Under the pieces are notes generated by a model, which ran no database searches, was not told where the DNA came from, and saw nothing but the letters and a program-made list of their open reading frames with translations. Of a stretch of 64,000 nt of DNA, positions 11,941 through 24,762 are shown piece by piece. Both the position numbers and the translations under genes were made by a program. The first letter of the stretch is position 1. The number at the start of each line of letters is the position of its first letter. The stretch covers positions 46,252,001 to 46,316,000 of the forward strand of contig OX597822.1 in assembly GCA_951406725.2 (NCBI GenBank). Reading direction: 5' to 3'. Source of the DNA: Octopus vulgaris (taxonomy: Eukaryota).

Positions 11941-13457
11941 TGCTGTACTCAGGGAGACCTGTCCACGACAGCAGAATTGATATCTTGGTCCTTTGTCATG
12001 TCCTTTGTAAGAAGAAGTACAACATAGGAGTTGTTTCAAGGACACAATAATAAACATTATCATCATTTTAATCTCTGCTTTTCCATACTTGCATAGGTTA
12101 GACAGAATTTGTCATAGATTTTCTTTGGCCAGAAGTCCTTGCTGTTGTCAATCCTCACTTGCTTCCAAGCAAAATAATAATTCCTCATGAAAGCACATAT
12201 TTTTATAGAAGACTGGAAATGAATGACACTGCTTGTATAAGAATATGAGGACACACACACACACACACACAGAGGCGCGCATGTGTGTGTGTGTATAGAT
12301 ATATATATATACACACACACTAATACTGAACAGTGAGAATGAATGCTGAACACTGTATTGGTGGAAAAATATACTTTATTTGTGGGTAAACAAGGCTACT
12401 AATGGTTTCATGTAGAGGGATTCATTTTGGAGACAAGTACCAACATTGCCATGTGGTAGGCTTGATGATTGTGAAGAGATTCCTCTTTACACGCATGCAT
12501 GCATACATACAGATATATGTATATGATTGACGTCTTTCTGTTTCCTTCTAAAAATTCACTTACAAAATTGACTCACAAGGTATTGGTTGGCCCAGGACCA
12601 TAGCAGAAGACATTTACCCAAGGTGCCACAGAATGGGACTGAACCAGAAACCATGTGGATGGGAAGCAAATGACCACAGGGCCATGCTTGCATATAATAA
12701 CTATAATAATGATACATTTAAATTAGCTATGAGATTAATTATGGGGTAAATTTTGTACAGGGATACTGGAGTTCAACAATGGAATCAACTGCATGAAATG
12801 AGCTGGTGTTCATTTTTAAGTGACCATCATGGGACAAAAAGCAAAACTGACCGTGGTAGTATCTAATATGGAGTATTGGTAGGAATCTGTAAATAATCTC
12901 TTTTGATAACATATAACAACATTGCTACCTTTTATGCTTGTTTCGTTGTTATTTAGAAAGAAATATTTGACACAACGTTGTAAAATATTAGCGAGAAGGG
13001 TGAAGAGTTACATAAGAGAGGAAGAATTTTTAAAAGAGAGAGAGAAAAGGAGAAGGAGTGTGAGTGATGTGGGGTCAGAAGAGGGGAAAATATAGAAAGG
13101 AGAAAATAAGAAGTATAAATAAGTTACAAAAGACATATGCAAAAAAGAAAAGGTAATGATAAAAAAGAGAAGAGGAAAAGAATGAGGTAGAAAGGTAGAA
13201 AGGAAGAGAAAGAGCGAGAGAGAGAGAGAGAGATAGAGAGAGAAGATTAAGAAGAGAAAGATAGAGGTGATTGGAAGACAGACAAGATAGGATGCCAGTA
13301 TGTGAAATGTGATAGACAGAAAGAAGGAAAGGAGAATAGGTAGAGAGAGAGAAAGATGAAGACAACTTTAATTCTACGTGCCTGTCATGACTAGATGAGA
13401 GTGAGTATTGAGCCGCAAACTGAGCAAAAATGTCCCCTCCGTACAGTTGGAACTCAC

Positions 13458-13545
13458 CTGCGTCAAAGTGCTACCATCTTGGTAACAAATTAGAGTTATA
13501 AATAGCCATGTTTAGCTAATAATGTTGCCCTTGGGATGCAAGCTC
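13458..13545 (-). other. Candidate 88-nt non-coding (5' UTR) exon
   Basis: Minus strand tttttttttggtctattccag|GAGCTT...GACGCAG|gtgagt; strong acceptor and donor in unique sequence; stops in all three frames. Confidence 0.55.
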
Positions 13546-13980
13546 CTGGAATAGACCAAAAAAAAATACATTAATAGGAATTAAAAAAGAAAATTCAACA
13601 AAACAAACAAGCAATTTTGGAAAAGAATTTACTCATTTACATTTTGGCACATTTAATTTTAAATCTTAAATTCAACAATTATTTCTATCAGATGGATATA
13701 TTTCGGAGAAGACTTTAGTTGATTAGTTGAACCCTATCTCTGGCTAATCATTGAGAGGACGTTGGTGTTGCCTTGGCAGAGGTTTGCACTCTCTGAATGC
13801 TCTTGTTCACATTGTTTTCAATTATTCAAGCATTATCTCATAGCTTTAAAATCCCAATGATGTGATTGTTAATTTTAAAATGGACACTGTAGCATATGTA
13901 TGAAAGGCTGAATCTGACTAGTTTAAACATAAAATAGGTAGAAATATTTGGGCCGGATATGGTAATTTTAAATGCTAAAG

Positions 13981-14216
13981 CAGTGTTTCTCAACTGTTTT
14001 TTTCCTATGGACCCCTTTGATTTCTATTTTACTTAAAATTTTTCTCAGATGGACCCCCGTGTTAAAAACAAAATCCTGTTATATATTTGAGAGTTAAATA
14101 TTATTAGGAATTGCATAAAAATTGGTAAAATATTTTGTGTATTGTACATGTATAACCAACAACAAAACCTAACATGGACTCCCAAGAGCCATATGGACCC
14201 CAGTTGGATACCACTG
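13981..14216. mobile_element. hAT-type MITE
   Basis: TIRs cagtgtttctcaac / gttggataccactg; degenerate 8-bp TSD tgctaaag/tacaaaag. Confidence 0.8.
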
Positions 14217-14432
14217 TACAAAAGGGTTGAACATAGCAAATCAGGGGAAATATCTCTAAGTGCTATGGGAGGGATGCGGGAAGGCAGAGAATGTATATGA
14301 CACAGGACCTGATTAAGGAAAAAACCTTGACTTTAAATTTTAAGGGTCAAAGACTAATAATGCTGCTTGCCATCTGTGTAATATCTAGCAACTTATGTGG
14401 ATGACTGGAATGTAACCCAATACACCAACAGG

Positions 14433-14591
14433 CCAGTTGTTCCAAACCCTTTTATTTAAATGAGTTTTCCTACAGACCCCTTTTAATATGTGTACCCTTA
14501 TGTGTGTGCATATATATATATATATGAAATTTTGAATTTAGTTCACGGATCCCCAGTACTACCTTTGCGGACCCCAGGATAGAAACCACTG
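14433..14591. mobile_element. hAT-type MITE
   Basis: cagttgttccaaacc ... ggatagaaaccactg with ggacccc subterminal motifs. Confidence 0.65.
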
Positions 14592-14829
14592 CAACAGACT
14601 AACTGTATTGAACATCCCATGTTAGTTTGACTTTTTCCTTTAGTATTTAAACCAACCATATTCAGCTCAAATATTCTACCCATCTTATGTTACAAATGGC
14701 CAGATCCAACCTATCACACCTATGCTACAATGTCATCCTAAAAATAAGCAATTACATCATTGAAATAGGAAACTATTGAGTGGTGAGGGAACTTGGTAGG
14801 GAAGAAGGATCAATGTCCTCGATCATTAG

Positions 14830-15670
14830 AGTGAGTTGTGTCACAAGAACTAGTTGAATCACCATAGCATTGATCACCAAGCTGGTCAATGTGCCTTTAG
14901 TGGGTAAAGCTAACTAGGTCAACACACCATTAACCAATAAATCTAGCTGGGTCACTGTAAGAGGGTCAATACACCCTCAGTTGAGAGATGTAGAAGGAGA
15001 ATGCGATATCGACAAGCAGAGTTACTTGGACCAACAAAGATGACTAGATTGCAATGTCCTCAACTTTCAGACACAGTTAAGTCATCTTGACCTCAACCTG
15101 TGAACCAAGTTGTGTCACCATGTCATTAACTAAAAACCTAACTCATTCACCATATCCTCAACCTACAAACAAACTAATTAAATCAACAGGTCCTCAAGCA
15201 TCACAGTCAGTTAATATGCCATTTCCTTGCAAACTAAGCTGGGTTCTTATGTCCTCATCAGCCTGCAAACCTAATTGGGTCATCGTGACCTTAACCTGCC
15301 AACTTAGTCAGGTCACCATGACCTTAACTTGCAAACTTAGTTAGGTTAGTTTAACCTTAACCTTTAATTCTTACATAGATCACAGTGCCCTCAACTTGTA
15401 AATCTAGTTGGGTCACTATGACCTCAACTGCTAAACTGGAATGGGTCACTTTATCCTGAACCTGCAGTAAACATGTACAAGATGTCCTTTCAAACCTAAC
15501 TCCTGAATCACAGGTCCTAAGGTAGCTGTGATAGTCAGGCCAACATAAATTCAACAAATAGAACCAGTTGGGTCAACATGAACTCAACAACATCAACAGG
15601 ATCACCATGAATTTGACAAACAAAGCCAAATGAGTCGACATCAACTCAACTATTAAGGTAGCAAACCTAG
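14830..15670. repeat. Degenerate 33-bp minisatellite
   Basis: Units such as gaccttaacctgccaacttagtcaggtcaccat, gccctcaacttgtaaatctagttgggtcactat, gacctcaactgctaaactggaatgggtcacttt (each 33 nt). Confidence 0.8.
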
Positions 15671-16038
15671 TTATGATAGTATGCATTCAATTCTCTGAGT
15701 ATGGGAATTAAATTGGAAAGGTATGATGTCAAGCTTAACAAAGCATAACCTTTAATAAGTATTGAAACACTGAAATGCACAAACACAGAAAATTTTAAAT
15801 ATTCCCAAAATATCATCTAAATGCAACCTGAGAAACTGAGGATTTCAAAAAGAAGGCAACACAAATATCCCAATATAACTCTCAGGTCAGGCTCCATGAA
15901 CAACTGTTTTCATCATCATCCTCACCTCTCTCTCTCTCTCTGTGATATGCAAATAGCATCCGAGAGGGTAGTGCTAAAGCTGACAATGGACTCACTCAGG
16001 GTAGTGCCCCAGTATGGCCACAAGTAAAAGATAAAAGA

Positions 16039-16236
16039 TACCATATATGACATTGTATAAGACATACATTTTTGTTTCTAAAAAACATCTCAAAACAAAA
16101 AAAAAGCTATCTCAGACCCTAAAAGCACTGTTAAGTCAATGTTACATGCTAAAACAATTTTTTCCCCCTGAATATACACTGCTGAAATTAGGGTGTCTAA
16201 TATGTCGATGTGTCTTTTATGCCTTCAAATATGGTA
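16039..16236. mobile_element. pogo/Tc2-like MITE
   Basis: TA-flanked TIRs taccatat...ataagaca / tgtcttttat...atatggta; similar elements at 42030-42183 and 55857-56062. Confidence 0.65.
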
Positions 16237-17104
16237 ATACTTTTTATTTATGGGTTCTCTCAGGCAGCAGGGAGATGTGATACCATAATATATGGATAAA
16301 AAAAAGGTTTGAAATGTTGAGGATTAGAAGAGGGCGGTAAGGTGGAAGTTAATAGTATGAAGTGGTTTTGATTCAAAATAAGTTGCTTTTGAAAAGAATA
16401 TATGGAATTACATGTGTAAATGTATGAGATGTTTTGTCGTTAATAAGATTATAATTTTTTTTTAGGTCATTAACTTCTTTTACTAATAAATATAAAAAAA
16501 AGGTTTTCCGGTGTAGATGTTTATAGACATCACTGCTTAGCACTTCTAATCATTATTTTAGTATGGCCAGGCCACCAATTAGTGCAGCCAATCACAATTT
16601 TTGACTGGACTGTAAGAAAAGAGACCTGGTCTCTCAAAGTGCCTGTCTTTCCAGTGCTCAATACTGGAGAGGAAATAACTACTCTGAAACACATGCATCC
16701 ATTGATCTGGGTAAAGGGATGCTCCAGACTGATTTGGTATGTTTATACCTTTTTGTCTACAGTTAGAATTATTACTCTATAACGAAATGCCTACAAAAAT
16801 ATGACTCAAACATATTTGAACCAGTGACAAGTTTATATTTGTACACATCAATGCTTAACACTTCTAATCCATATACTAAGAGACGTTTCTTCTCTAATGA
16901 AGAAGTTAAAAGCCCAAGAAACTACAATGTCTGATGCAAAAGTATAGACAAGCAAAAAATACAAAGTAGAAGAGATGTAATGAGCAGCAAGACCATTTTT
17001 TAGAAAAAGTAGGGAGAAATCTGAAGATCACCAGAAACAGTAAAATACAGGATATGGAGGGATATTTGAGGATATATTAATTACTTTCTTCAAATCAATT
17101 AAAA

Positions 17105-17425
17105 GAAATGAAAAGACATGAAGTCATTGTTGCCATATGTGTAGATCACAGAAATTGTCAACTTTCTAAATGTTGCAAAATCTTTTGTACACAAAGTTTG
17201 GATGGAATTGGAAGCTTCTGGTGGGAATGTCTGAACTGCATCAAAGCGACAATATTTTCTAAACATGGAGTGGCTGTGTGGTAAGTAGCTTGCTTACCAA
17301 CCACATGGTTCCGGGTTCAGTCCCACTGCGTGGCATCTTGGGCAAGTGTCTTCTGCTATAGCCTCGGGCCGACCAATGCCTTGTGAGTGGATTTGGTAGA
17401 TGGAAACTGAAAGAAGCCCATCGTA

Positions 17426-17480
<55 letters not shown>

Positions 17481-18145
17481 ATGTGTTTGTCCCCCTAGCA
17501 TTGCTTGACAACTGATGCTGGTGTGTTTGCGTCCCCGTCACTTAGCGGTTCGGCAAAAGAGACCGATAGAATAAGTACTGGGCTTACAAAGAATAAGTCC
17601 CGGGGTCGATTTGCTCGACTAAAGGCAGTGCTCCAGCATGGCCACAGTCAAATGACTGAAACAAGTAAAAGAATAAAAGAAAAGAAAAGAATGTGGTCAC
17701 TATAAGGACACGGTAAGTCATCCAGCGGGTTCAAAATATTATTGATGATGATTCTAGAAAATCAAAAAACTTCAGATGTCAGTGAGGACTATTAGAACTG
17801 TGATGCAAGTCATATGTGCTTAGGAGAGGCCCATATCTGCAAAGATACAGGGAAACTGTTTGATCCATACCAAGCGGCTATTTAACAAGGTTAAAAACCT
17901 TCATGAACATGGCATGCTTTGGTTCTTCTCTGATGAGAAAATCTTCAATCAAAATCAAATGTATAAATGGAAAAATGACAGATGGATATGTGCAGATCCT
18001 TCCAATGTCTCCAACATGATGCACACTAAGTATCCAGCAACTGTGGTGGTTTTAGAAGGAGTGAGTAATGAAAATTATGGTCACCTTTCCACAGGGTCTC
18101 AGAATTAATGCTATTGGATATGTTGAGGTGCTGAAAACAGTTGTT
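17105..18145 (+). mobile_element. Tc1/mariner-superfamily transposase relic (DD37D-like), split by a SINE
   Basis: EMKRHEVIVAI..NFLNVAKSFVHKV before the SINE; IQRVQNIIDDD..KRLFNKVKN..MLWFFSDEK.F..NDRWICADP..HTKYPATVVV.EGVS..FPQGLRINA.GYVEVLKTVV after it. Confidence 0.85.
17265..17690 (+). mobile_element. SINE family A, young full-length copy
   Basis: tggctgtgtggtaag A box, gggttcagtccc B box, CORE-like cttgggcaagt, central (TA)n, tail gactgaaacaagtaaaagaataaaaga. Confidence 0.95.
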
Positions 18146-20796
18146 GTTGTTGTTGTGTATGCATGAGACAAGCTTCTTTCAGTTTTCATCTACCGAATCA
18201 ACTCATAAGGATTTGGTTGGCCTGAGCCTATTGCAGAAGATAATTGCTCAAGGTGCCATACCATGAGACTAAACCCTGAACTGCATGGTTGCCATGGTTA
18301 CTACACCTGCACCTACGCTAGATATGAATAAAAAAATGAGTTGATCACAGTTGTAAAATATTTCATCAAAGATTTGGTTGGACAGGGCTAACATGGAGCT
18401 GAACAACAATACAGGGAGAACTCCTAAAAGGTCATACCTCAATTTACACTCTATATCTGAAGAAACAATGGGTACATTGAGTAATACAGTCATAGACACA
18501 CATTCTCATCATCATTTAACATCCATTTTCCATGCTGGTATGAATTGGATGGTTCAACAGGAGCTGCACCAGGTTCTATTGCCTGTTTTGGTATGGTTTC
18601 TAAAGCCTGATGCCCTTTCTAATGCCAACCACTTTACAGAGTGTACTGGGTGCTTTTTACATGGCAACAGCACCAATGCTTGGAATTGTTACAACCAGAA
18701 CATTTTTAACCATAGGTCTGCTTGGTGAGGTCTGATTTTGAGTTAAACAACAGCAACAAAAACATTACATTTTTTCCTGTAACAAGCATTTCACATTTAA
18801 GAAAGCGTTAATATTTTTACAAGTTATCAATGTGTGTATACACAGGTCAGGTATTCATTAAGAACTATTATATGCACAGAAAGAAAATCAAACAACCAGC
18901 GAATGCTCGTGTATATATGCATATACACATACATACACACACACACATTGTATGTATTTTGTATGGGAATTATGTTGCAGCTAGCCCCAGCTGAAGTACA
19001 AATATTAGGAAGAAGAAGAAAACAAAACCAAATCATAAGTAAAATGAGTTAAGAATGGAAAATGGAAATGCCACTGGGACAAACTTCCCAACTATTCTTC
19101 GTCTCTCAAAACTTTTATTGTGTAGTAAAATGGAAGGTAAATAACACATTATTGAAATAATAAGAATGATGGAAACACAGAGATGTTTTCACTGTGAAGT
19201 TATAATTACAGATTTGTAGATGTGAACTTAGCACATGGATATCGAGCTACATGTTCACCAATGGGTTTAGAGAGAAGCAATATAGATGCTTAATAGTGAA
19301 AGCAGTTAATAAGACAGGAATATTCTTTAAATGTCTATCATATGGACAGAAAGCAAGGAACAATATCTGCTGGTATCCTATGTATGGCTCAACAAGCAGA
19401 TCTTTCAGGAATATTTTTCAAACACCCTACATGTGAAGAGAAAGCAAGGAACACTATCTGTCCAGTATCTTATGTTTGGGTGAACATGAGGGAAGCAATA
19501 TGCAAGTAGATTCTACATATGGCTGTAGAAGGAAGTGGTTTGCCCTTTGCTGAGGCAGAAGTAAACACATAATGACCTAATAGTAACCAATATATAATTT
19601 CTGACCTAATGCCAGTCCTTACTCTTCATTTAGAGCAAATGATTAGTGATTACACTTGTGTACCATATATGCTGTATATGTTTATCACCTATGTCTCACT
19701 TGGGTGCCACAATTTTTGAGGTGAGCTGGAAAATGCCAGGATATTTGGAAAACTAGTTTTAGAAAACAGAGAGTAACAATGTTCTAGAGAGTAAGAACTG
19801 AGCATAGTGGCTGGTGTAGGGGCCTACAGGTAATCAACATTGTATGGATAAGAGGAGCTCTAGGAGCCTAAGTAGAGGTGGAATGGGACCACTGAGCACC
19901 AAAGTGTAACACACCATTATAATAGTGGTAGATATGATAGAAAGAGGAGACAGGTTTAATCTCACTGCTTTCAGGAAGACCAGCAAAGAAGACAGATACT
20001 TCTCCCCACACATAAACACACACAAACTTCTTCAGGACTCAGCAGGTAAAAAAAAAGAAAGAAAAAAGATACACTTTTTAAAAATCTTTCAACTGCCACT
20101 ACTAAAGCTGATGTTCTTCATATATACCACATTCACCAAGTTTTGTCTAACATAGCAATCCATCCATCTTTTGATATTCACACCCTCTCATGAAGACAAC
20201 CCAGTTCAAATATTCCTCCCAAGATGTGTATAAAGCTGAAATGTTCTCACTGCTTACACAGTGGAGATAAATGCCTTGGTGGTTAAGGAGGTGGACCTAT
20301 AATCGTGAGATCATGGTTTTGATCCCTGGACTGGGTGATCCCTTATTTTTTTTTTTTTAACAAAACACTTCCTTTTACATTGCTTCAGTCCACTCAGGTA
20401 ATAAACATGAATAATCCAGCAACAGAACGGCTTCATATCCAGGGAGGGATATATATACCCCAGAAACACAGAGAATCTGGCCCTATGCTCCTTACAAAGT
20501 AATGTGGACTAATCTACACAGATATGTTACTACACAGAGTTTAAAACTGAACAACAACCCCTATCGGATTCATGAAACTACGTCAACATTTCTAATTAAT
20601 AACAATACTGAGTGAAATTGCTTGAAACAAACACAAATTCACAATCTATGAGCAGATAGCTAGGTTTTCTGATTTTCATTAGCCTAGTTTATCTGCTCTA
20701 ATTTCTAAATTGGAGCCATGCAAAAACACACTACCCAAGTCAATGAAATCATCATCATCATCATCATATATACATACGTATATGTACATACTTACA

Positions 20797-20832
<36 letters not shown>

Positions 20833-20993
20833 TATGTGGGCACAGGACATCACCAAATGGGTACAACAAAACAAAACAAAGTATGAGTACATGGAATATG
20901 AACTATTTTTCAAACAACAAAAGACACAAATAGAAAACAAGACAAACAACATAAAGAATGACCCTTCATCAAAACAGTTTGATTCAAATTTGT

Positions 20994-21033
20994 TGATACT
21001 CTGAGTTTCAAGCGTGATGCTAATCTTCAGCCA
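20994..21033 (-). ncRNA. Type-I hammerhead ribozyme-like motif (left arm of foldback 20969-21233)
   Basis: UGG CUGAAGA U UAGC AUCAC GCUU GAA ACUC A GAGU A UCA: core, GUA triplet, stem III and 3-bp stem I present; closing pair of stem II mismatched. Confidence 0.6.
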
Positions 21034-21304
21034 TTTTGAATTTGTTATTACCGTAATTACTACAATTGGTCATGGATGATTATGCGGTGTCAGAGTTTGA
21101 TGTTGGTATAGCAGCAACAACAGTTACTTAGAAAACACCACATGGTGAACAGGAAATTGATTGTGTGATGGACAGGAAATCGGTTGCTTGAAACTCAAAA
21201 GTACCAATGAATTTGAATCAAAAACTGCTTTGATCCATACATGTAACTCCCAATAAATGTGTTGAGTGCCCTTCTTTCATTTGTCCACTGTGTGTGTGTG
21301 TGGC

Positions 21305-21700
21305 CCTCTACCACAGACACATCAAGGCCCTAACACAAGTCCAACTTCATTACCTGCTCTCCATCTTGCATATCAGATGGCAGGATCACAGTTAGTGTGG
21401 AGGCCCTAATTACCTCATTGCAACTGTGCTGTATGGGACATGTTTGCAGGATGGAAGGCAGCAGTCTCCAAAAGGCAGTTTTCTGTGTTGAACTGAATCA
21501 GGGCAGATGGAGCTGTGATGCCCTGAAGTTGCAGCACAGGGATGTGCTGAAGAGACATGAAGAACTCAGGCATCTCCCCAAACACTTCACAGTGAGCCTA
21601 ATGAAGTGAAAGAGGATAAGCAGGCAGGAAAATTTGAAGGCTTTCTATGAGAATGTTGCCCACAGAAACAGAGGAAAAGCAGATTTTGGCAATTGGTACA
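21305..21700 (+). mobile_element. RTE-clade LINE RT C-terminal relic
   Basis: HRHIKALTQVQLHYLLSILHIRWQD..VEALITSLQLCCMGHVCRMEGSSLQKAVFCVELNQG..LKLQHRDVLKR (cf. LRWAGHVxRM...LPK..YGEL). Confidence 0.85.
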
Positions 21701-21709
21701 GATCCTCTG

Positions 21710-22075
21710 GTAAGGAACCAAAAGCCTTGACTGCAGTTTGAGTGACAAAAACTCTTGTAGGCAGTAGAATACAAGAAAGCTTCCTTCACATTTTGAATGA
21801 TGGTCAAGTAGGCATAGCAGTGCTGGGTAAAAGCTGGACATACTATACAGGTAGCTGCTTTATTCCAAGTGGTATTGGCCGAGTTTTTTCCCCAAACTGT
21901 GGTTGTGCAGTTGTAGCTAAACCATTTGGGTTTATGAGTTGTCATTGTTAAGTGGAATATGGAAGGACATACCCATGAGAATGGTTTCACTCACCTGCTG
22001 AGAAGACCCTGATAGGTCAGGCATAAAAAAAATGTGATATACATTGGCACAGTCAGTAAGTAGAGTGATAGACAA
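21710..22075 (-). mobile_element. CR1/Jockey-like LINE, endonuclease-RT linker relic
   Basis: QVSETILMGMSFHIP then KPKWFSYNC..KNSA..W..IIQNVKEAF..SQGFW (cf. G...YIP..PWF..C..A..FW). Confidence 0.6.
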
Positions 22076-22364
22076 AATGTTTTGTATTACCCTTTCACCA
22101 AGTTCAAATCTCACCAAGCCTCGTCTCATACCTTGAAGACCCAACCTGATATTTCATCACCACTATTCTTTATCACTTTCCAGCTCAACCCAATCACCGC
22201 ACCTTCTCTTCTAAAATATAAGCAGTCATGTGGCTCCCTTTCAGCAATAAACCTGTTGTTCTTCAGTCCTTCTCTCTCATACTTTACCCCTCTCAACTGT
22301 GAGGTTCATAGTCTCCATTATGGAGTTCATAGTCTTACAAGCTGCATAGCAATCTCACTAGTGT

Positions 22365-22645
22365 TAGCTACACATAAAAAGTACCAAACACATACTGTAA
22401 AGTGGTTGACATTGGGAAGGGCATCTAGTCATAGGAACCATGTCAAAGCAGACACTGGAGCACAATGCTTGAAATCATTGGATCCTGTCAAACCAACCAA
22501 TCCATGCCAGCATGGAACATGGACATTAAATGATGATGATGCCAACTCAGACTAGAGTCTGGTGCAACTCCTCAGCTTACCAACCCTGGTCAAACCGGCC
22601 AGCCCATGCCAGTATGGACAATGGACATTAAATGGTGATGATATC
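22365..22645 (+). mobile_element. Family D element with tandemly duplicated RTE-type tail
   Basis: ccatgccagcatgg..ggacattaaatgatgatgat occurs twice (~22500, ~22605). Confidence 0.7.
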
Positions 22646-22689
22646 ATGGATTGATAAAAGGAATATCACTGAAGTATGACCATATCAAG

Positions 22690-23190
22690 TGTCCTAAGTG
22701 TGACTTTAAATTACATCTCAAAATGGGGCCAAGGTTTTGAAGAGTGTGGAACCACTATTGTTCCCAGGTGTATTCTGGCCTGGAGTAGTGGCACCAGTCA
22801 ACATGCCAACTATAGGTTAATTAGCATACTTTGGAAGAAACTCCAAACACAAACCTTCACTGCCTTGTGAGTACCTTGGGACAGGAAAAGGTCAGAGGAG
22901 ACAACTTCGACAGCAAATCAAAGCAAGGAGTCCTACAGGCAGTCCAGTGGCCTCTTTGATACTCTTCCAGCAACTCCAGAGTAAGTGGAACTCTCCAGCT
23001 CTGTAAGGTAGTTTACCTAGGAGAGGGCCACATCAATGTAAAACCTATAGCTTGCTGGTCACCACAGCTACCATAGTCCATTGAGCCACTACTAAAACTA
23101 CTAAGTGCAGGTAGAAAGAAAAGCCCTGCAACATCAAGGATTAGTTTACAGAGTCACTGAAGAGCAGCATGCCACTCTTCCTCATGATCT
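22690..23190 (+). mobile_element. Probable RTE-clade LINE 5' UTR relic
   Basis: cccaggtgtattctggcctggagtagtggcacc and gtaaggtagtttacctaggagagggccac..aaacc resemble RTE 5' UTR motifs as I recall them. Confidence 0.4.
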
Positions 23191-24281
23191 TCAAACATTA
23201 AGAAACTGCTATCATAGTCATATCATGTAACTGTTTCATCAGTAAATGGCCGGGACCTATGTTATCACCATTATTGTTACGGATGTAACAATCAGTAAAG
23301 TAGCAGATAAAATGCCTTGCAGAATTGAATTACGTCTGGAGTTCAAATCTAGCTAGGATCAATTTTGCCTTTTATAATTACAAGGTTGATACAAGTGCCA
23401 TTCAAGTACCCAGTCGTTCTAATTATCCATAGCCTGCTAGGAATCCTTATCAACATATATGCATCAAGTTCAGGGTGTACAACAGAAGCTAGATTAATAA
23501 AATGCTCCTGGTTTTACACATACTCTCTCTTTCTCTCTCTCTCTCCTCTACATACCAGTATCAGATGACATAGGAGGGGAACTGAAAGATAGGGAAAGAA
23601 TGATAAAGGAAAAAGAGAAAAACAGTGAAGAGAAAGACTAATAGACAAGTGAAGGAAAAAGGAGATAGAAAAGGGCCAGAAGACAGAGAGAGAGAGGAGT
23701 CAGTTCCAAAGCTATATATTTCTATTTAAGTATTCCAACAGATGATAAATACCATGTTGTCAGCATCGGCCGATTGATAACTTTCTTTTCAATACCTCCC
23801 TTTTAGGTCTCTTGGTCTCACTCACATGAAAACACATTCATATATATACGTATACAACTGATATGAGTTGGCCTGTGAATATACATGTGTATATATATAT
23901 AATGAGTGAGAGAGTGAGAAAAGAGAGAGAGAGAGTGAGGGTGGGGTCGAGGTTTGGTATGAAGGTATAAATTTTATTTTTAAATGGCTTGTCTCTTTTC
24001 ATATGTTCAAAGAAAGAATGACTAAAATATTTTGGGGAACATATGTAACCCGATACACATTCTGCACCTCCCACCGAAATCGTGGACAAGCGCCTGTATT
24101 AGCAATCAATTAAATAAAGAAATGATTATTCTATTATGACACATAACTATGTACATACGCATAAATATATATAATGTGTATATACTCTTTTTACTAGTTT
24201 GAGCCAGATGGGCGGTGACCAAACTGGGCTAGCGCTAGCATCCACACAGGGTGTCACTTCGGTTTGCGCTCCTTATGTATG

Positions 24282-24315
<34 letters not shown>

Positions 24316-24509
24316 CACACATTTGCATTTACATATTATAGTCAGTGACATGTGTGTGCTACAGAGAGGGGCATACACACATAGGCTCGAAGACGAGCAC
24401 AGAACGAGTGGTCACAAAGTGAGGTACTTGTTCACAGCAGTTTTATATTAGTAAAACAAAAAAAAAGCATCACCTTCCTAAGCAAGCACCAACGCCCCTA
24501 CCACGTCAA

Positions 24510-24548
<39 letters not shown>

Positions 24549-24706
24549 CACGCACACACTCACACACGGTGTTAGTTATAGTGGCCAAAAAGAAATGTTT
24601 TAAAAAATATCTTTAACGACAACAAACATAATTATGACAGTAATAGCACTAGAAATATACAACATACAGAAATAACTAAACAACTATGTATGTGTGTGTG
24701 TGTGTA

Positions 24707-24762
<56 letters not shown>

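Noticed and set aside
14830-15670. CRISPR-like array
   Set aside because: Contiguous diverged tandem units with no unique spacers, eukaryotic context and no cas genes.
21995-22008. 14-nt minus-strand microexon with CAG|gtgagt
   Set aside because: Falls within the CR1/Jockey-like LINE relic reading QQVSE.
24252-24508. Solo LTR (tg...ca)
   Set aside because: No TSD, PBS, PPT or second copy.
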